A stretch of 47,817 bases of DNA from Verrucomicrobiota bacterium (GTDB lineage Bacteria; Verrucomicrobiota; Verrucomicrobiia; Limisphaerales; UBA9464): assembly GCA_026397675.1 (NCBI GenBank), contig JAPLUH010000250.1, positions 1 through 47,817 of the forward strand, written 5' to 3'. The notes below the pieces were generated by a model. The model saw only the letters and a program-made list of their open reading frames with translations. It ran no database searches and had not been told where the DNA came from. The translations under genes and the position numbers were made by a program. This document shows positions 18,756 through 28,785 of the stretch, piece after piece; the first letter of the stretch is position 1, and every line of letters begins with the position of its first letter.

Positions 18756-19871
18756 ATGAGCGTTATCGATTTTCTGGTCCCCGCCTCCGAGGCCTGCCTC
18801 CGCAGCGGCCCTAACGACAAAATCGTGCTCTCTAGCCGAGTTCGTCTGGCGCGAAATCTCCGAACCGTTCCTTTTCCGAGCCATTCCAAGAAGGCGGAGC
18901 GAATCAAGGCCTTTGAGACACTGATGCCGGCGGTCAAATCCTTGACCCTGCTGGGGCAGGAGATTTTTGCCGAATCGATGGACAAGTTGCCCGCCCTGGA
19001 TAAACAGGTGCTCGTGGAACGGCATCTCATTAGCCGTGAACACGCGGCCAAGAATGCCGGCAGCGGCATTGTGCTGAACCGTGAAGAGAACGTCTGCGTG
19101 ATGGTCAACGAAGAAGACCATTTACGGATTCAGGCACTGCGGCCCGGGCTCCAACTGCGGCAGGCCTGGATGGCCATTGATGCCGTCGATACGGCCCTGC
19201 AGGAGAAGGTCGAGTTCGCCTTTTCCGAGCGTTACGGGTTCCTGACAGCCTGCCCCACCAATCTGGGTACCGGCATTCGTGTAAGCGCGATGCTGCACCT
19301 TCCTGGTTTGGTCTTGGCCGAGCAAATCAACCAGATCATCCAAGCCGTGAACAAGTTGGGGTTGGCAGTGCGCGGCCTCTATGGCGAGGGCACCGAGGCT
19401 CTGGGCAATGTCTTTCAGGTCTCCAATCAGATGACCCTGGGGGAGCCGGAAAACGACATCGTTGAACGCATCAACAAGGTTCTGCTCCAAATCATTGAGC
19501 ACGAAGAGAACGCACGCCTCTCCCAGATGGAGAAGAAGCCCGCCGTATTGCTCAACCACATTGGTCGTGCCTACGGCGTGTTGGGAAACAGTTGGAGCAT
19601 CTCCTCCAAGGAAGCCATGAATCTGATCAGCTTCCTGCGGCTCGGCGTTGATCTGGGGGTTTTCGGCAAAACGCCGAAGTCCCTCACCGACGAACTCTTC
19701 CTCCGCAGCCAACCGGCCCACCTTCAGCTAGCGCATCCACTCCGCGAGAAGTTGGGTTCCGATGAGCGAGACTTGTTCCGAGCTCAAATGCTCCGTGAGC
19801 GCACCTCGCTAATCCCCAATCCCGATCCCCAGGCCTTGCTGGGGCGGCGCGACGAGAGTTCTCCTGAGTAG
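18756..19871 (+). CDS. mcsB: Protein arginine kinase (ATP:guanido phosphotransferase)
   Basis: Appears collinear with my recollection of B. subtilis McsB over its whole length. Motifs include VLSSRVRLARN, LVERHLIS, NEEDHLRIQ, CPTNLGTGIR and RGLYGEG. Confidence 0.92.
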   Translation: MSVIDFLVPASEACLRSGPNDKIVLSSRVRLARNLRTVPFPSHSKKAERIKAFETLMPAVKSLTLLGQEIFAESMDKLPALDKQVLVERHLISREHAAKNAGSGIVLNREENVCVMVNEEDHLRIQALRPGLQLRQAWMAIDAVDTALQEKVEFAFSERYGFLTACPTNLGTGIRVSAMLHLPGLVLAEQINQIIQAVNKLGLAVRGLYGEGTEALGNVFQVSNQMTLGEPENDIVERINKVLLQIIEHEENARLSQMEKKPAVLLNHIGRAYGVLGNSWSISSKEAMNLISFLRLGVDLGVFGKTPKSLTDELFLRSQPAHLQLAHPLREKLGSDERDLFRAQMLRERTSLIPNPDPQALLGRRDESSPE

Positions 19872-19902
19872 AGGGAGGGGATCCCGGAAAACCCGTTGTA
19901 AA

Positions 19903-21135
19903 TCAGTCCGGCAGGCCGATGCCCAGTTTCTGGGCCGCCTGCATGACGTCTTTGTCACCGCGTCCGGATAGATTTACGATGATCACCGCATCCTTGGACA
20001 TGGTGGGTGCACGCTGGATGGCTCCCGCTACGGCATGGGCGCTCTCCAGGGCCGGGATAATCCCCTCCATCTTGGCTAAGCGCAGGAAGCCATCCAGAGC
20101 CTCCGTATCGGTGGCGTAGGTGTACTCCACGCGGTTTTGATCCTTCAGCCACGCGTGCTCGGGTCCAACCGCGGCATAGTCGAGTCCCGCGCTGACACTG
20201 TGGGTGAGCTGGATCTGCCCAAACTCGTCCTGAAGGATGTAGCTGCGGGTGCCTTGCAAAACGCCTAGAGAGCCGCCCTGGAAGCGCGCGGCATGCTTTT
20301 CGGGCTGTATCCCTTCGCCACCCGCCTCGACTCCCAGCATTCGCACAGAAGAATCATTTAGGAATGGGTAGAATAATCCGATGGCGTTGGATCCACCGCC
20401 GACGCAGGCAATGAGCAGGTCTGGCAGACGCTTCTCGCACTCAAGAATCTGTGCCCGAGCCTCGTCTCCGATGATTCGGTGGAAATTGCGGACCATGACC
20501 GGGTAGGGGTGGGCGCCGTAGGCCGTACCCAGGATGTAGTGAGTCGAACGAACGTTCGTCACCCAGTCGCGCATGGCCTCATTGACCGCCTCCTTGAGGG
20601 TTTGCTGGCCGGCCTTCACCGGAACCACCTCGGCCCCGAGCATCTTCATGCGGTAGACATTGAGTTCCTGCCGCTTGCAGTCGACCGCCCCCATGTAGAT
20701 GACACATTTCATGCCAAACATGGCCGAAACGGTGGCCGTTGCTACACCGTGCTGACCGGCTCCGGTCTCGGCGATGATCCGGGTCTTGCCCATGCGCTTG
20801 GCCAGCAGTACCTGGCCCATGGCGTTGTTAATTTTGTGGGCACCGGTGTGCAGCAGATCTTCCCGCTTCAAGTAGATCCGTGCTCCGCCCAGAGCTTTCG
20901 TCAGGCGCTCAGCGAAATACAGGGGTGTCGGCCGTCCCACGAACTCCTTGAGATAGTAATCGAGTTCCCGCTGGAACTCTGGGTCTTGCTGGGCGCGCCA
21001 GTATTCGTCCTCGAGCTGTTGGAGTGGGTGGACGAGGGTTTCAGGCACGTAGCGTCCTCCGAACGGCCCGAAATGGCCGGTCGAGTCGGGCATGGCCGTT
21101 GAGGCGAAATCAGTGGCGGAAGTCATATCAGGCAA
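19903..21135 (-). CDS. trpB: Tryptophan synthase beta chain
   Basis: PLP lysine motif HTGAHKINN, plus GGGSNAIG and ETGAGQHG. No trpA is adjacent. Confidence 0.95.
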   Translation of the reverse strand: MPDMTSATDFASTAMPDSTGHFGPFGGRYVPETLVHPLQQLEDEYWRAQQDPEFQRELDYYLKEFVGRPTPLYFAERLTKALGGARIYLKREDLLHTGAHKINNAMGQVLLAKRMGKTRIIAETGAGQHGVATATVSAMFGMKCVIYMGAVDCKRQELNVYRMKMLGAEVVPVKAGQQTLKEAVNEAMRDWVTNVRSTHYILGTAYGAHPYPVMVRNFHRIIGDEARAQILECEKRLPDLLIACVGGGSNAIGLFYPFLNDSSVRMLGVEAGGEGIQPEKHAARFQGGSLGVLQGTRSYILQDEFGQIQLTHSVSAGLDYAAVGPEHAWLKDQNRVEYTYATDTEALDGFLRLAKMEGIIPALESAHAVAGAIQRAPTMSKDAVIIVNLSGRGDKDVMQAAQKLGIGLPD

Positions 21136-21156
21136 ATCGATGGGAGCGGCGTAAAT

Positions 21157-21924
21157 TTATCGGGTGTGCAGCCGGGGAGGTGCCAGTGAGGTCAGGGTGA
21201 GGGTCGGGTGATTTTGCGAAAAGTACCCCAACGACCACTCGCTGGGGAACAAGACCACGGGGTTGGAATCCATGTCGAAGGCTAATCGGGCTCCAGTGGG
21301 CAACGAGAGGGTGTCCAGCGTCTCGGCCGGTGTTCCTTGGGGGAGCCACCGAACCGCGGTGAACGGCGCGCTCTCGCGGCGAGTCTCGGCGTTGTATTCT
21401 GTCTCGAGCCGGTACTGCAGCACCTCGAACTGCAACGGACCGACGGCTGCCAACAGAGGAACCCGGCTGGCTGTGTCCTTCAGATGGAAAGCCTGCGCGA
21501 CTCCTTCCAACAGCAACTGGTCCAGTCCCTGGCGGAACTGCTTGAATTTGGCTGTGTTGGGGTTGTGGAAATACTCGAACACCTCGGGAGTGAAGCGTGG
21601 GATTTCATCGAAGCGAATTTTCGGATCGGTGCTCAGAGTGTCTCCGATACCGAAGCCGTCGTGGCCCACCAGACCGATGATGTCCCCAGGGTACGCAACA
21701 TCCACGGTCTCTCGTTCATTTCCAAAGAGCTTGTGCGATGAACTCAGGCGGACTTTCCGACCCGACTGAATGTGAAAAACGTTCATGTCCCGCTCGAATT
21801 TTCCGCTGACGATCCGCACAAAGGCGATGCGATCCCGATGCTTCGGATCCATGTTGGCTTGGATCTTGAAAATGAAGCCCGAAAAATGCGGGTAATCTGG
21901 GGCTATGAGTCGTCCGTCGTTCAC
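21157..21924 (-). CDS. prfC: Peptide chain release factor 3, domains II-III only (N-terminal GTPase domain absent); truncated gene or possible pseudogene
   Basis: From its first residues the ORF matches my recollection of E. coli RF3 from about residue 295 to the C-terminus (FSGFIFKIQANMDPKHRDRIAFVRIVSGKF ... LQFEVLQYRLETEYN). It uses a GTG start. Only 10 sense codons separate it from the mutY TAG, and the two genes share a reading frame. Confidence 0.8.
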   Translation of the reverse strand: MNDGRLIAPDYPHFSGFIFKIQANMDPKHRDRIAFVRIVSGKFERDMNVFHIQSGRKVRLSSSHKLFGNERETVDVAYPGDIIGLVGHDGFGIGDTLSTDPKIRFDEIPRFTPEVFEYFHNPNTAKFKQFRQGLDQLLLEGVAQAFHLKDTASRVPLLAAVGPLQFEVLQYRLETEYNAETRRESAPFTAVRWLPQGTPAETLDTLSLPTGARLAFDMDSNPVVLFPSEWSLGYFSQNHPTLTLTSLAPPRLHTR

Positions 21925-21954
21925 TTGTCCGCATACAGTGGCTCCGACCGCCTG

Positions 21955-23106
21955 CTATGACAATTGCGGGCTTTTCCCGAAAGCCCCAGCCAGACGAACC
22001 GTCAGCTTGCGGTGGGCGGCAGTCATGGCCAGAGACTCCAGTTCGCTGGCCGTGGCCCAAAGCCAGGTTCCCTTGGCCCAGTCTGGGCAAGGCAGGAGCG
22101 AGGCGCATCGAACTCGTTGGGTGATCCGGTATCGGGTGATGTGATGGCGCAGGTCGGGCAGTGAAGACCAACGGTTGAGTGGAACGCCTAAGCGCTCACT
22201 CAACACCGCCTCCGGCGGATCGGAGGGGCCTGTCTCCCAGTTGGGAAACTCCCAAAACCCTCGATTTACCTCCGTGTCCTCACGCAGTTTCAAAAGGTAT
22301 TTTCCCTGATGCTCGACGATTCCAGTTGCAAAAAAACGCCCTGTGATTTCTACCCGCGGCGGCAGCTCTGGGAATCGTTCTTGTTGGCCTCGCCGACGCG
22401 CTTCGCAGGCTTCAGCTACAGGGCAAACACCGCAAGCGGGCTGTCCCCCCGGGGTACACACTGTGGCCCCCAATTCCATTAGGGATTGATTGACCCGCGC
22501 ACACCGCCGATCACCCAGATGTTTAGCGGAATAAGCTGCCTCAACCAGTGCGGATGCCAGTTCCCAAAGGCGCAGATTCAGCGGACGAACCTTGGGGTTG
22601 CCCTCTAGAGCGAAGAAGCGAGTGAGGACCCGCATTACGTTCCCGTCCAGGATGGGCTCGGGTTGATCCAGAGCGATGGAAGCAATAGCCCCTGCTGTGT
22701 AGCGCCCGATTCCCGGCAGAGACAGAATCGCTCCTGGATCCTGAGGAAACACTCCGTTGTGTTTCTCGAGAATTTGGCAAGCTGCGCGCTGCAAATTCCG
22801 GGCACGGGAGTAATAACCGAGCCCCTCCCACAGCTTGAGAACCCGTTCCGGAGGCGCCTCGGCCAAATCGCGAATTCTCGGTAGCGTGTCCATCCAGCGG
22901 CCCCAATAGGGAATCACCGTTTGCACCTGTGTCTGCTGAAGCATCACTTCAGAAATCCAAACTGCATAAGGATCTTGAGTTCTGCGCCAGGGAAGATCTC
23001 GGGCGTTCCGGTCAAACCATCGGGTTAGCCGTTCTACGGTCCCAGCCAGAGCTTTCTCTGGATCTTGAACCGAGTCCCCGATCTTGCTGCTCCGTTGCCA
23101 TCCCAT
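21955..23106 (-). CDS. mutY: A/G-specific adenine DNA glycosylase
   Basis: HhH-GPD motif LPGIGRYTAGAIASIA, a 4Fe-4S cluster loop (CTPGGQPACGVCPVAEAC) and a NUDIX-like C-terminal domain. The ORF extends to 23214, but the ATG at 23106 avoids overlap with the divergent rnhC. Confidence 0.9.
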   Translation of the reverse strand: MGWQRSSKIGDSVQDPEKALAGTVERLTRWFDRNARDLPWRRTQDPYAVWISEVMLQQTQVQTVIPYWGRWMDTLPRIRDLAEAPPERVLKLWEGLGYYSRARNLQRAACQILEKHNGVFPQDPGAILSLPGIGRYTAGAIASIALDQPEPILDGNVMRVLTRFFALEGNPKVRPLNLRLWELASALVEAAYSAKHLGDRRCARVNQSLMELGATVCTPGGQPACGVCPVAEACEARRRGQQERFPELPPRVEITGRFFATGIVEHQGKYLLKLREDTEVNRGFWEFPNWETGPSDPPEAVLSERLGVPLNRWSSLPDLRHHITRYRITQRVRCASLLPCPDWAKGTWLWATASELESLAMTAAHRKLTVRLAGAFGKSPQLS

Positions 23107-23186
23107 GGAGCATAAGCTGACGTGCCGGTCGGTCTGGGGCCAGTTCTGACTCGACAACCCGCCCAATCCAGGGCCCACGGTCCTCC

Positions 23187-24164
23187 GTGACCAGTCACAC
23201 AGCGACATTGACAACCGATCAGGCGACCCAACTCGTCGCCCACCTACAATCTGGTCCCTACGACCTAAAAGAGGTGCCGTATGCCCGCATCAGCGGCGCC
23301 AAAAAGGATGTCAATGTGACACTCTATCTCAGCGGAAAACTGGTAGTGCAAGGGAAGGGGACTAAGGACTTCATCGAGTTCGTGCTCGAACCGGAAATTC
23401 TAGGGACTGCCACTTTAGGATACGAAAGTATACTTGATCCCAGTTTGCTCGATGCCCGTATTGGCGTCGATGAATCGGGAAAGGGAGATTTCTTCGGCCC
23501 ACTGTGTATCGCTGCAGTTTATGTCAACAAATCGGTGCTAAATGCTTGGAAAACCGTGGGAATCCGTGATTCCAAGTCCGTCGGCAGCGATGCACAGATC
23601 ACTCATCTCAACCGAGCCATACGCGAGACCCCTGGGTGCCAGGTAAGCGTCATCGCCATCGGCAATGAGGCCTACAATCGCCTCCACCTCCGTCATGGAT
23701 CGGTCAATACCGTGCTGGCCTGGGGACATGCCCGAGCCATTGAAAACTTACTGGAACGCGGCCCTTTGCTGGATCCACCGCCGGTCCGCGCCATCAGTGA
23801 TCAGTTCGCCTCGAGCAAAACCACGGTGGAGCGTGCGTTGATGACTCTTGGAAAAGGCATTGAATTAGTCCAACGCCATCGCGCCGAAGAGGACATGGCC
23901 GTTGCGGCGGCCTCTATCGTGGCCCGCAACGAGTACCTCCAGCGCATGAAAAATCTCGAAACTGATTTCGCTATGACCCTGCCTCGAGGCGCATCCGCGG
24001 CCGTGGAAGAGGCCGCTCGCCAGCTCGTGGCACGCCGAGGAGCCGAAGTTTTGCCTCAAATCTGCAAAATGCATTTTCGCACCCGATATCGAGTGCTTGG
24101 AGAGCCTGAACCTTCAGCAAACCCTTGGAAAAAGCCCTCAAAACCCTCCAAGCCAGAAAACTGA
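23187..24164 (+). CDS. rnhC: Ribonuclease HIII
   Basis: GTG start. An N-terminal TBP-like domain (VTLYLSGKLVVQGKG) precedes the RNase HII/HIII catalytic core GVDESGKGDFFGPL. Confidence 0.9.
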   Translation: MTSHTATLTTDQATQLVAHLQSGPYDLKEVPYARISGAKKDVNVTLYLSGKLVVQGKGTKDFIEFVLEPEILGTATLGYESILDPSLLDARIGVDESGKGDFFGPLCIAAVYVNKSVLNAWKTVGIRDSKSVGSDAQITHLNRAIRETPGCQVSVIAIGNEAYNRLHLRHGSVNTVLAWGHARAIENLLERGPLLDPPPVRAISDQFASSKTTVERALMTLGKGIELVQRHRAEEDMAVAAASIVARNEYLQRMKNLETDFAMTLPRGASAAVEEAARQLVARRGAEVLPQICKMHFRTRYRVLGEPEPSANPWKKPSKPSKPEN

Positions 24165-24377
24165 AACCATCCGATTCTTGTCATCGCTTCGTGACTATTC
24201 CGAAAAAACTTTCAGAAAAGTATTGAAGGCACCCACGGAACGACTAAGCTCTGCGCTCCGTTTAACACTTCCCAGTGAAGAACGAAACTGCTCCGCCGAA
24301 AACCGAGTTGCACGACGCAACAGGGAGTGATGGCGAGGCACACGAGGATTTACTTCCCGTGCTACGATTATTTTGCA

Positions 24378-25226
24378 GTGAAAACGTTTAGACCGCTTAC
24401 GCCGTCCACACGGTATCTGACCGTGCAGGACTATTCGGACATCACGAAAGTGGGTCCGGAGAAGTCCTTGGTTTACACCAGGAAAAGAACAGGAGGCCGC
24501 AACAACTACGGCCGGGTGACCGTTCGTGCTCGTGGCGGTGGCCACAAGCAGAAGGTTCGCACCGTTGACTTCCGCCGCAACAAGTTCGGCATGGAGGCCA
24601 AGGTCATCGCTATCGAGTACGATCCTATTCGTAGTGCTCGTTTGGCACTTCTGGAGTATTCGGACAAAGAGCGTAGATACATCGTGTGCCCAGAAGGTTT
24701 GACTGTGGGCGCCACAGTAGTGAGTGGGCCGACGGCTCCTCCCAGCCTTGGTAACGCTCTGCCGCTCTCGAAGATTCCAGTCGGCATTCCTATCCACAAT
24801 CTGGAACTCGTTCCGGGTAAGGGTGGTCAGCTGGTTCGTTCGGCTGGATCCTCAGCGACTTTGATGTCCCGCGACGCTGGCTACGCTCAGTTGCGGCTGC
24901 CCTCCGGCGAAATTCGTAAGTTCCACGAAGACTGCATGGTCACCGTGGGTGCAGTTGGTAATGCCCAGTTCGAGAACGTTGTTCTCGGTAAGGCGGGTCG
25001 GGCAATTCACCGCGGCATTCGTCCGTTGACTCGCGGTATGGCTCGCAACCCGGTCGATCACCCTAACGGTGGCGGTCAGGGCAAATCTAAGGGTGGCGGC
25101 GGCCGTCAGCATCTGGCCTCTCCGTGGGGCGTGCTGTCCAAGGGCTTCCGCACTCGCAAGAAGTTCAAACTCTCCAATCGGTTTATCGTTGTTCGTCGCG
25201 ATGGCCGTCCAATGAAGCAAAAGTAA
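24378..25226 (+). CDS. rplB: 50S ribosomal protein L2
   Basis: (M)KTFRPLTPSTRY N-terminus and a GGGRQHLASPWG-type C-terminal region. The GTG at 24378 matches normal L2 length. The ORF-track ATG at 24327 would add 17 non-conserved residues. Confidence 0.93.
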   Translation: MKTFRPLTPSTRYLTVQDYSDITKVGPEKSLVYTRKRTGGRNNYGRVTVRARGGGHKQKVRTVDFRRNKFGMEAKVIAIEYDPIRSARLALLEYSDKERRYIVCPEGLTVGATVVSGPTAPPSLGNALPLSKIPVGIPIHNLELVPGKGGQLVRSAGSSATLMSRDAGYAQLRLPSGEIRKFHEDCMVTVGAVGNAQFENVVLGKAGRAIHRGIRPLTRGMARNPVDHPNGGGQGKSKGGGGRQHLASPWGVLSKGFRTRKKFKLSNRFIVVRRDGRPMKQK

Positions 25227-25232
25227 GCTGAT

Positions 25233-25514
25233 ATGGCTCGTTCCCTCAAAAAAGGTCCGTTCATTGACGGTCATCTGCTCTCAAAGGTCGAAAAGGCCCA
25301 GGCAGCGAAGTCCAAGACTCCAATCAAGACTTGGTCACGCCGCTCTACTATCACCCCCGAATTCGTGGGTCTGACGGTGAGCGTGCACAATGGCCGAGCG
25401 TTTAGCCCGGTCTTCGTCACAGAGAACATGGTCGGGCACAAACTCGGTGAGTTTTCTTTCACCCGCACGTTCAAGAAACACGGCGCTCATACCGCCAAGG
25501 CCGAAGCCAAGTAG
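25233..25514 (+). CDS. rpsS: 30S ribosomal protein S19
   Basis: [12 protein letters not shown]... GHKLGEF motif; 93 aa. Confidence 0.96.
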   Translation: MARSLKKGPFIDGHLLSKVEKAQAAKSKTPIKTWSRRSTITPEFVGLTVSVHNGRAFSPVFVTENMVGHKLGEFSFTRTFKKHGAHTAKAEAK

Positions 25515-25529
25515 TAAGGAACCGACGTT

Positions 25530-25865
25530 ATGGAAGTTCAGGCCATACTCAAGAATTTCAGAATGTCCGCCCAGAAGGTCCGGGAAGTCGTACGACAGGT
25601 CCAGGGTCTTCGCGCGGTGGAGGCACTCGCGGTGCTCAAGTTTGTACCTCGCAAGTCTGCTCGGGCAGTCGCTAAGACGCTCGCCTCGGCTATTGCGAAT
25701 GCGGAAAACAACCACGGGTTGAAGGCTGAGTCGCTGATCGTGCATCGGGCTTACGCCCAGACTGCCGGAAGCATCAAGCGCTTCATTCCTAAGGCTCGCG
25801 GATCGGCTGGTCCGATCCTCAAGCGGAGCAGCCACATCAAGATCATCCTCACGGACAACCAATAA
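25530..25865 (+). CDS. rplV: 50S ribosomal protein L22
   Basis: 111 aa, [10 protein letters not shown]...[22 protein letters not shown], in operon position. Confidence 0.95.
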   Translation: MEVQAILKNFRMSAQKVREVVRQVQGLRAVEALAVLKFVPRKSARAVAKTLASAIANAENNHGLKAESLIVHRAYAQTAGSIKRFIPKARGSAGPILKRSSHIKIILTDNQ

Positions 25866-25866
25866 C

Positions 25867-26550
25867 ATGGGCCAAAAAACCAATCCGATCGGTCTGCGGA
25901 TCCCCGTAAACCGCGAGTGGCGCTCCAAGTGGTACGCCAACAAGCGAGACTTTGGTGCTTTGCTGGTAGAGGATATCGCTATCCGCACCGTTCTCAAGAA
26001 GAAGCTTGGATCTGCTGCGATCCCCAAGATTCATATTGAGCGAGCCGCCAATCGTTGCCGCGTCACTATTTTCACGGCCCGTCCTGGAGTCGTGATTGGT
26101 CGCAAGGGCTCCGAGATCGATAAGCTCAAGGAAGAACTCTCAAAGTTGACCGGCAAGGATGTCTACGTCGACATTCAAGAGGTCAAGAACGAGAAGGCGG
26201 ATGCCCAGTTGGTTGCTGAGAACATCGCCGTCCAGCTCGAGCGCCGAATTGGTTTCCGTCGAGCGATGAAAAAAGCTGTGCAGGAAGCTCGGATGTCTGA
26301 AGGTGTCGAAGGCATTAAAATCCGATGCGCTGGTCGTCTCGGAGGATCCGAGATCGCCCGAGTGGAAGTCTACCACGAAGGACGCGTTCCATTGCATACG
26401 CTTCGAGCCAACATCGACTACGGATTCGCCGAGGCGAACACCATGTATGGCAAGCTCGGAGTCAAATGCTGGATCTGCAAAGGTGAAATGAAGAAGGCGG
26501 ACATCCGCAAGCCCGAGGACAAGCGTCCTGAGGCTGTTTTGGCCAAATAA
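25867..26550 (+). CDS. rpsC: 30S ribosomal protein S3
   Basis: [13 protein letters not shown]-terminus with KH and S3-C domains. Confidence 0.96.
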   Translation: MGQKTNPIGLRIPVNREWRSKWYANKRDFGALLVEDIAIRTVLKKKLGSAAIPKIHIERAANRCRVTIFTARPGVVIGRKGSEIDKLKEELSKLTGKDVYVDIQEVKNEKADAQLVAENIAVQLERRIGFRRAMKKAVQEARMSEGVEGIKIRCAGRLGGSEIARVEVYHEGRVPLHTLRANIDYGFAEANTMYGKLGVKCWICKGEMKKADIRKPEDKRPEAVLAK

Positions 26551-26575
26551 TTAACCATTTTCTAGGAGACCGTTT

Positions 26576-26995
26576 ATGGCATTGATGCCGGCTAGGGTAA
26601 AATATCGAAAGATGCAGCGCGGAAGCCGAACAGGTTTGGCTTCCCGAGGCAACACCGTCGCTTTTGGTGAGTATGGACTTCAGTCGCTTGAACGCTGCTG
26701 GATGGACACCAAGCAAATCGAAGCGGCTCGTGTGGCAATCACCCGCTACATGAAGCGTCGCGGCAAGGTCTGGATTCGCATATTTCCCGACAAGTCGTTC
26801 ACCAAGAAGCCTTTAGAAGTCCGAATGGGTACTGGTAAGGGTGGTGTCGAATCCTGGGTGGCGGTCATTAGACCTGCCAGCGTTTTGTTCGAAGTCGATG
26901 GTGTTCCTGAGGCAATTGCCCGGGAAGCGATGCGCTTGGCTTCTACCAAGTTGCCGATTTCGACCAAGTTCATTTCACGTCACAAGATGGGTTGA
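26576..26995 (+). CDS. rplP: 50S ribosomal protein L16
   Basis: MLMP-type N-terminus ([16 protein letters not shown]) and [14 protein letters not shown]. Confidence 0.96.
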   Translation: MALMPARVKYRKMQRGSRTGLASRGNTVAFGEYGLQSLERCWMDTKQIEAARVAITRYMKRRGKVWIRIFPDKSFTKKPLEVRMGTGKGGVESWVAVIRPASVLFEVDGVPEAIAREAMRLASTKLPISTKFISRHKMG

Positions 26996-27005
26996 GGGGA
27001 CGATC

Positions 27006-27200
27006 ATGGCGAAAAGCAATTTTAAAGATCTGACGGCAGCGGAACTCGCAGCCAAATGCCGCGAGCTTCGGCAGGAGTTGTTCAACCTCCGTCTCCAACA
27101 GGCCACAGCCCGATTGGAAAAGCCTCACCGTATCCGCGAGATCCGCCGCGAAGTCGCGCGTGGTGAGACGCAGTTGACCCAAATTTTGAAGAAATCTTGA
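27006..27200 (+). CDS. rpmC: 50S ribosomal protein L29
   Basis: The ATG at 27006 gives [33 protein letters not shown] (64 aa). The upstream part of the ORF-track ORF overlaps rplP. Confidence 0.92.
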   Translation: MAKSNFKDLTAAELAAKCRELRQELFNLRLQQATARLEKPHRIREIRREVARGETQLTQILKKS

Positions 27201-27205
27201 CCCGT

Positions 27206-27514
27206 ATGTCACAGACATCCACAGAAGAACGCGGACACCGGAAGGAGCGCATCGGCGAGGTTGTTTCCAATAAAATGGAAAAGACCATCGTTGTAAAGGT
27301 TGAGCGCCGTTATCGCCACCCTCAGTATCGCAAGGTCGTCACGAGCTTCAAAAAGCTGTATGCCCATGATGAGACCAAGAAAGCCCAAGTGGGTGACTTG
27401 GTACGCATCCAAGAAACCCGCCCGTTGTCCAAGCTCAAGGCTTGGCGTCTGGTGGACGTCCTGAACCCGGATGGTTCCATTAAAAGCCAGCCCGAAGGTT
27501 CAGTTAAAAACTGA
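27206..27514 (+). CDS. rpsQ: 30S ribosomal protein S17
   Basis: [28 protein letters not shown] core. The ATG at 27206 is preferred over the TTG at 27197. Confidence 0.93.
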   Translation: MSQTSTEERGHRKERIGEVVSNKMEKTIVVKVERRYRHPQYRKVVTSFKKLYAHDETKKAQVGDLVRIQETRPLSKLKAWRLVDVLNPDGSIKSQPEGSVKN

Positions 27515-27529
27515 GCAGAGGTAATTTCA

Positions 27530-27895
27530 ATGATCCAAATTCGTTCCAGTCTGGATGTCGCAGACAACTCAGGTGCCAAGGTGGCCTGGGCCATCGGTGT
27601 GCTCGGCAGTAATCAGCCCTACGCCCACGTCGGCGACGTGATCAAGGTCCATATCAAGGAGGCAGCTCCGGATGGGACGGTGAAGAAGGGTGAAGTGCAG
27701 AATGCTGTGATCGTCCGCACCCGTCATCCGTTGCGCCGAAGCGACGGGTCGTACGTTCGCTTCGACAGCAACGCAGTAGTGATCATCGACAAAGATAACA
27801 ATCCTCGGGGAACCCGTATTTTCGGACCTGTGGCGCGTGAACTTCGCGAAAAGAAGTTTATGAAAATCATTTCACTCGCTCCTGAGGTGATCTGA
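27530..27895 (+). CDS. rplN: 50S ribosomal protein L14
   Basis: [18 protein letters not shown]-terminus; 121 aa. Confidence 0.96.
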   Translation: MIQIRSSLDVADNSGAKVAWAIGVLGSNQPYAHVGDVIKVHIKEAAPDGTVKKGEVQNAVIVRTRHPLRRSDGSYVRFDSNAVVIIDKDNNPRGTRIFGPVARELREKKFMKIISLAPEVI

Positions 27896-27925
27896 TTCAA
27901 TGATCTGATTCAAAGAGGAATAGAC

Positions 27926-28228
27926 ATGGCATCCAAATTTCATGTGAAAAAAGGTGACGAGGTTGTCGTCATCACCGGTTCGGCCAAAGGCCGCCGTGGC
28001 AAGATCGCCGAAGTAATGACGTCACGGCAGGCCGTGATTCTAGAAGGCACCGACGAACGCTCCAAGGAGCAGGACGATCGGCGCCGTCTGGTCAAACCAG
28101 TGCTGCACTACGTCAAGAAGAACCAGGAGAACCCGAGCGGCGCTCTTCTTTGGTTGGAGTCCCCGATCCACGTATCCAACGTGATGAAGGCTGAGAAGTA
28201 TGACGCTCGCAATGTGAGCAAGCGCTGA
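27926..28228 (+). CDS. rplX: 50S ribosomal protein L24
   Basis: KOW motif VKKGDEVVVITGSAKGRRGKI, in operon position. Confidence 0.93.
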   Translation: MASKFHVKKGDEVVVITGSAKGRRGKIAEVMTSRQAVILEGTDERSKEQDDRRRLVKPVLHYVKKNQENPSGALLWLESPIHVSNVMKAEKYDARNVSKR

Positions 28229-28233
28229 GACCC

Positions 28234-28773
28234 ATGAAACCACGTCTTTACACGAAGTATATCGAAGAAGTTCGGCCCGCTCTCACTGAGAAGCGCGGTT
28301 ACAAAAACGTCCATCAGATTCCTCGCATCGAGAAGATCGTGGTTAATATGGGCGTCAGTGCATCCCTCGAGAAGGGCGCCCTAGAGGATGCCGTCAAGGA
28401 GATGCAAATGATCACTGGCCGCAAGGCAGTGGTGACAATAGCTCGCAAGAGCATTGCAAATTTCAAACTTCGCAAAGGGCAATCTGTTGGCTGCAAAGTC
28501 ACGTTGCGACGCGAGGTAATGTATGAGTTCTTTGATCGGCTTGTTTCGGCTGCTCTCCCCCGGATCCGCGATTTCCGCGGAGTCGGATCCAAGCAGTTTG
28601 ACGGCCGTGGAACCTACTCACTCGGTATTTCCGATCAGACGATCTTCCCAGAAATTGAGTTGGACAAGATCAAGAGACAGCAGGGCATGGACATCACCAT
28701 CGTGACCTCCGCTCCGACGAATGAGGAGGCCTACGACCTCCTAAAGTTGATGGGAATGCCGTTTTCAAAATAA
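28234..28773 (+). CDS. rplE: 50S ribosomal protein L5
   Basis: 179 aa with a typical L5 core (IEKIVVNMGV, RDFRGV). Confidence 0.96.
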   Translation: MKPRLYTKYIEEVRPALTEKRGYKNVHQIPRIEKIVVNMGVSASLEKGALEDAVKEMQMITGRKAVVTIARKSIANFKLRKGQSVGCKVTLRREVMYEFFDRLVSAALPRIRDFRGVGSKQFDGRGTYSLGISDQTIFPEIELDKIKRQQGMDITIVTSAPTNEEAYDLLKLMGMPFSK

Positions 28774-28785
28774 ACAATCTATCCT

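Noticed and set aside
17224-19108. Long minus-strand ORFs (17224..18045, 273 aa; 18215..19108, 297 aa) antisense to yidC/jag and mcsA/mcsB
   Set aside because: They lie entirely opposite strongly recognisable genes and have Arg/Leu/Gly/His-rich, low-complexity translations. They are typical shadow ORFs of a GC-rich genome. The same applies to 564..1136, 20479..21102, 25335..26027 and 33329..33940.
24790-24798. 8/9 DnaA-box match CTATCCACA
   Set aside because: It is a single isolated site inside the rplB coding sequence, far from dnaA and not part of a cluster.
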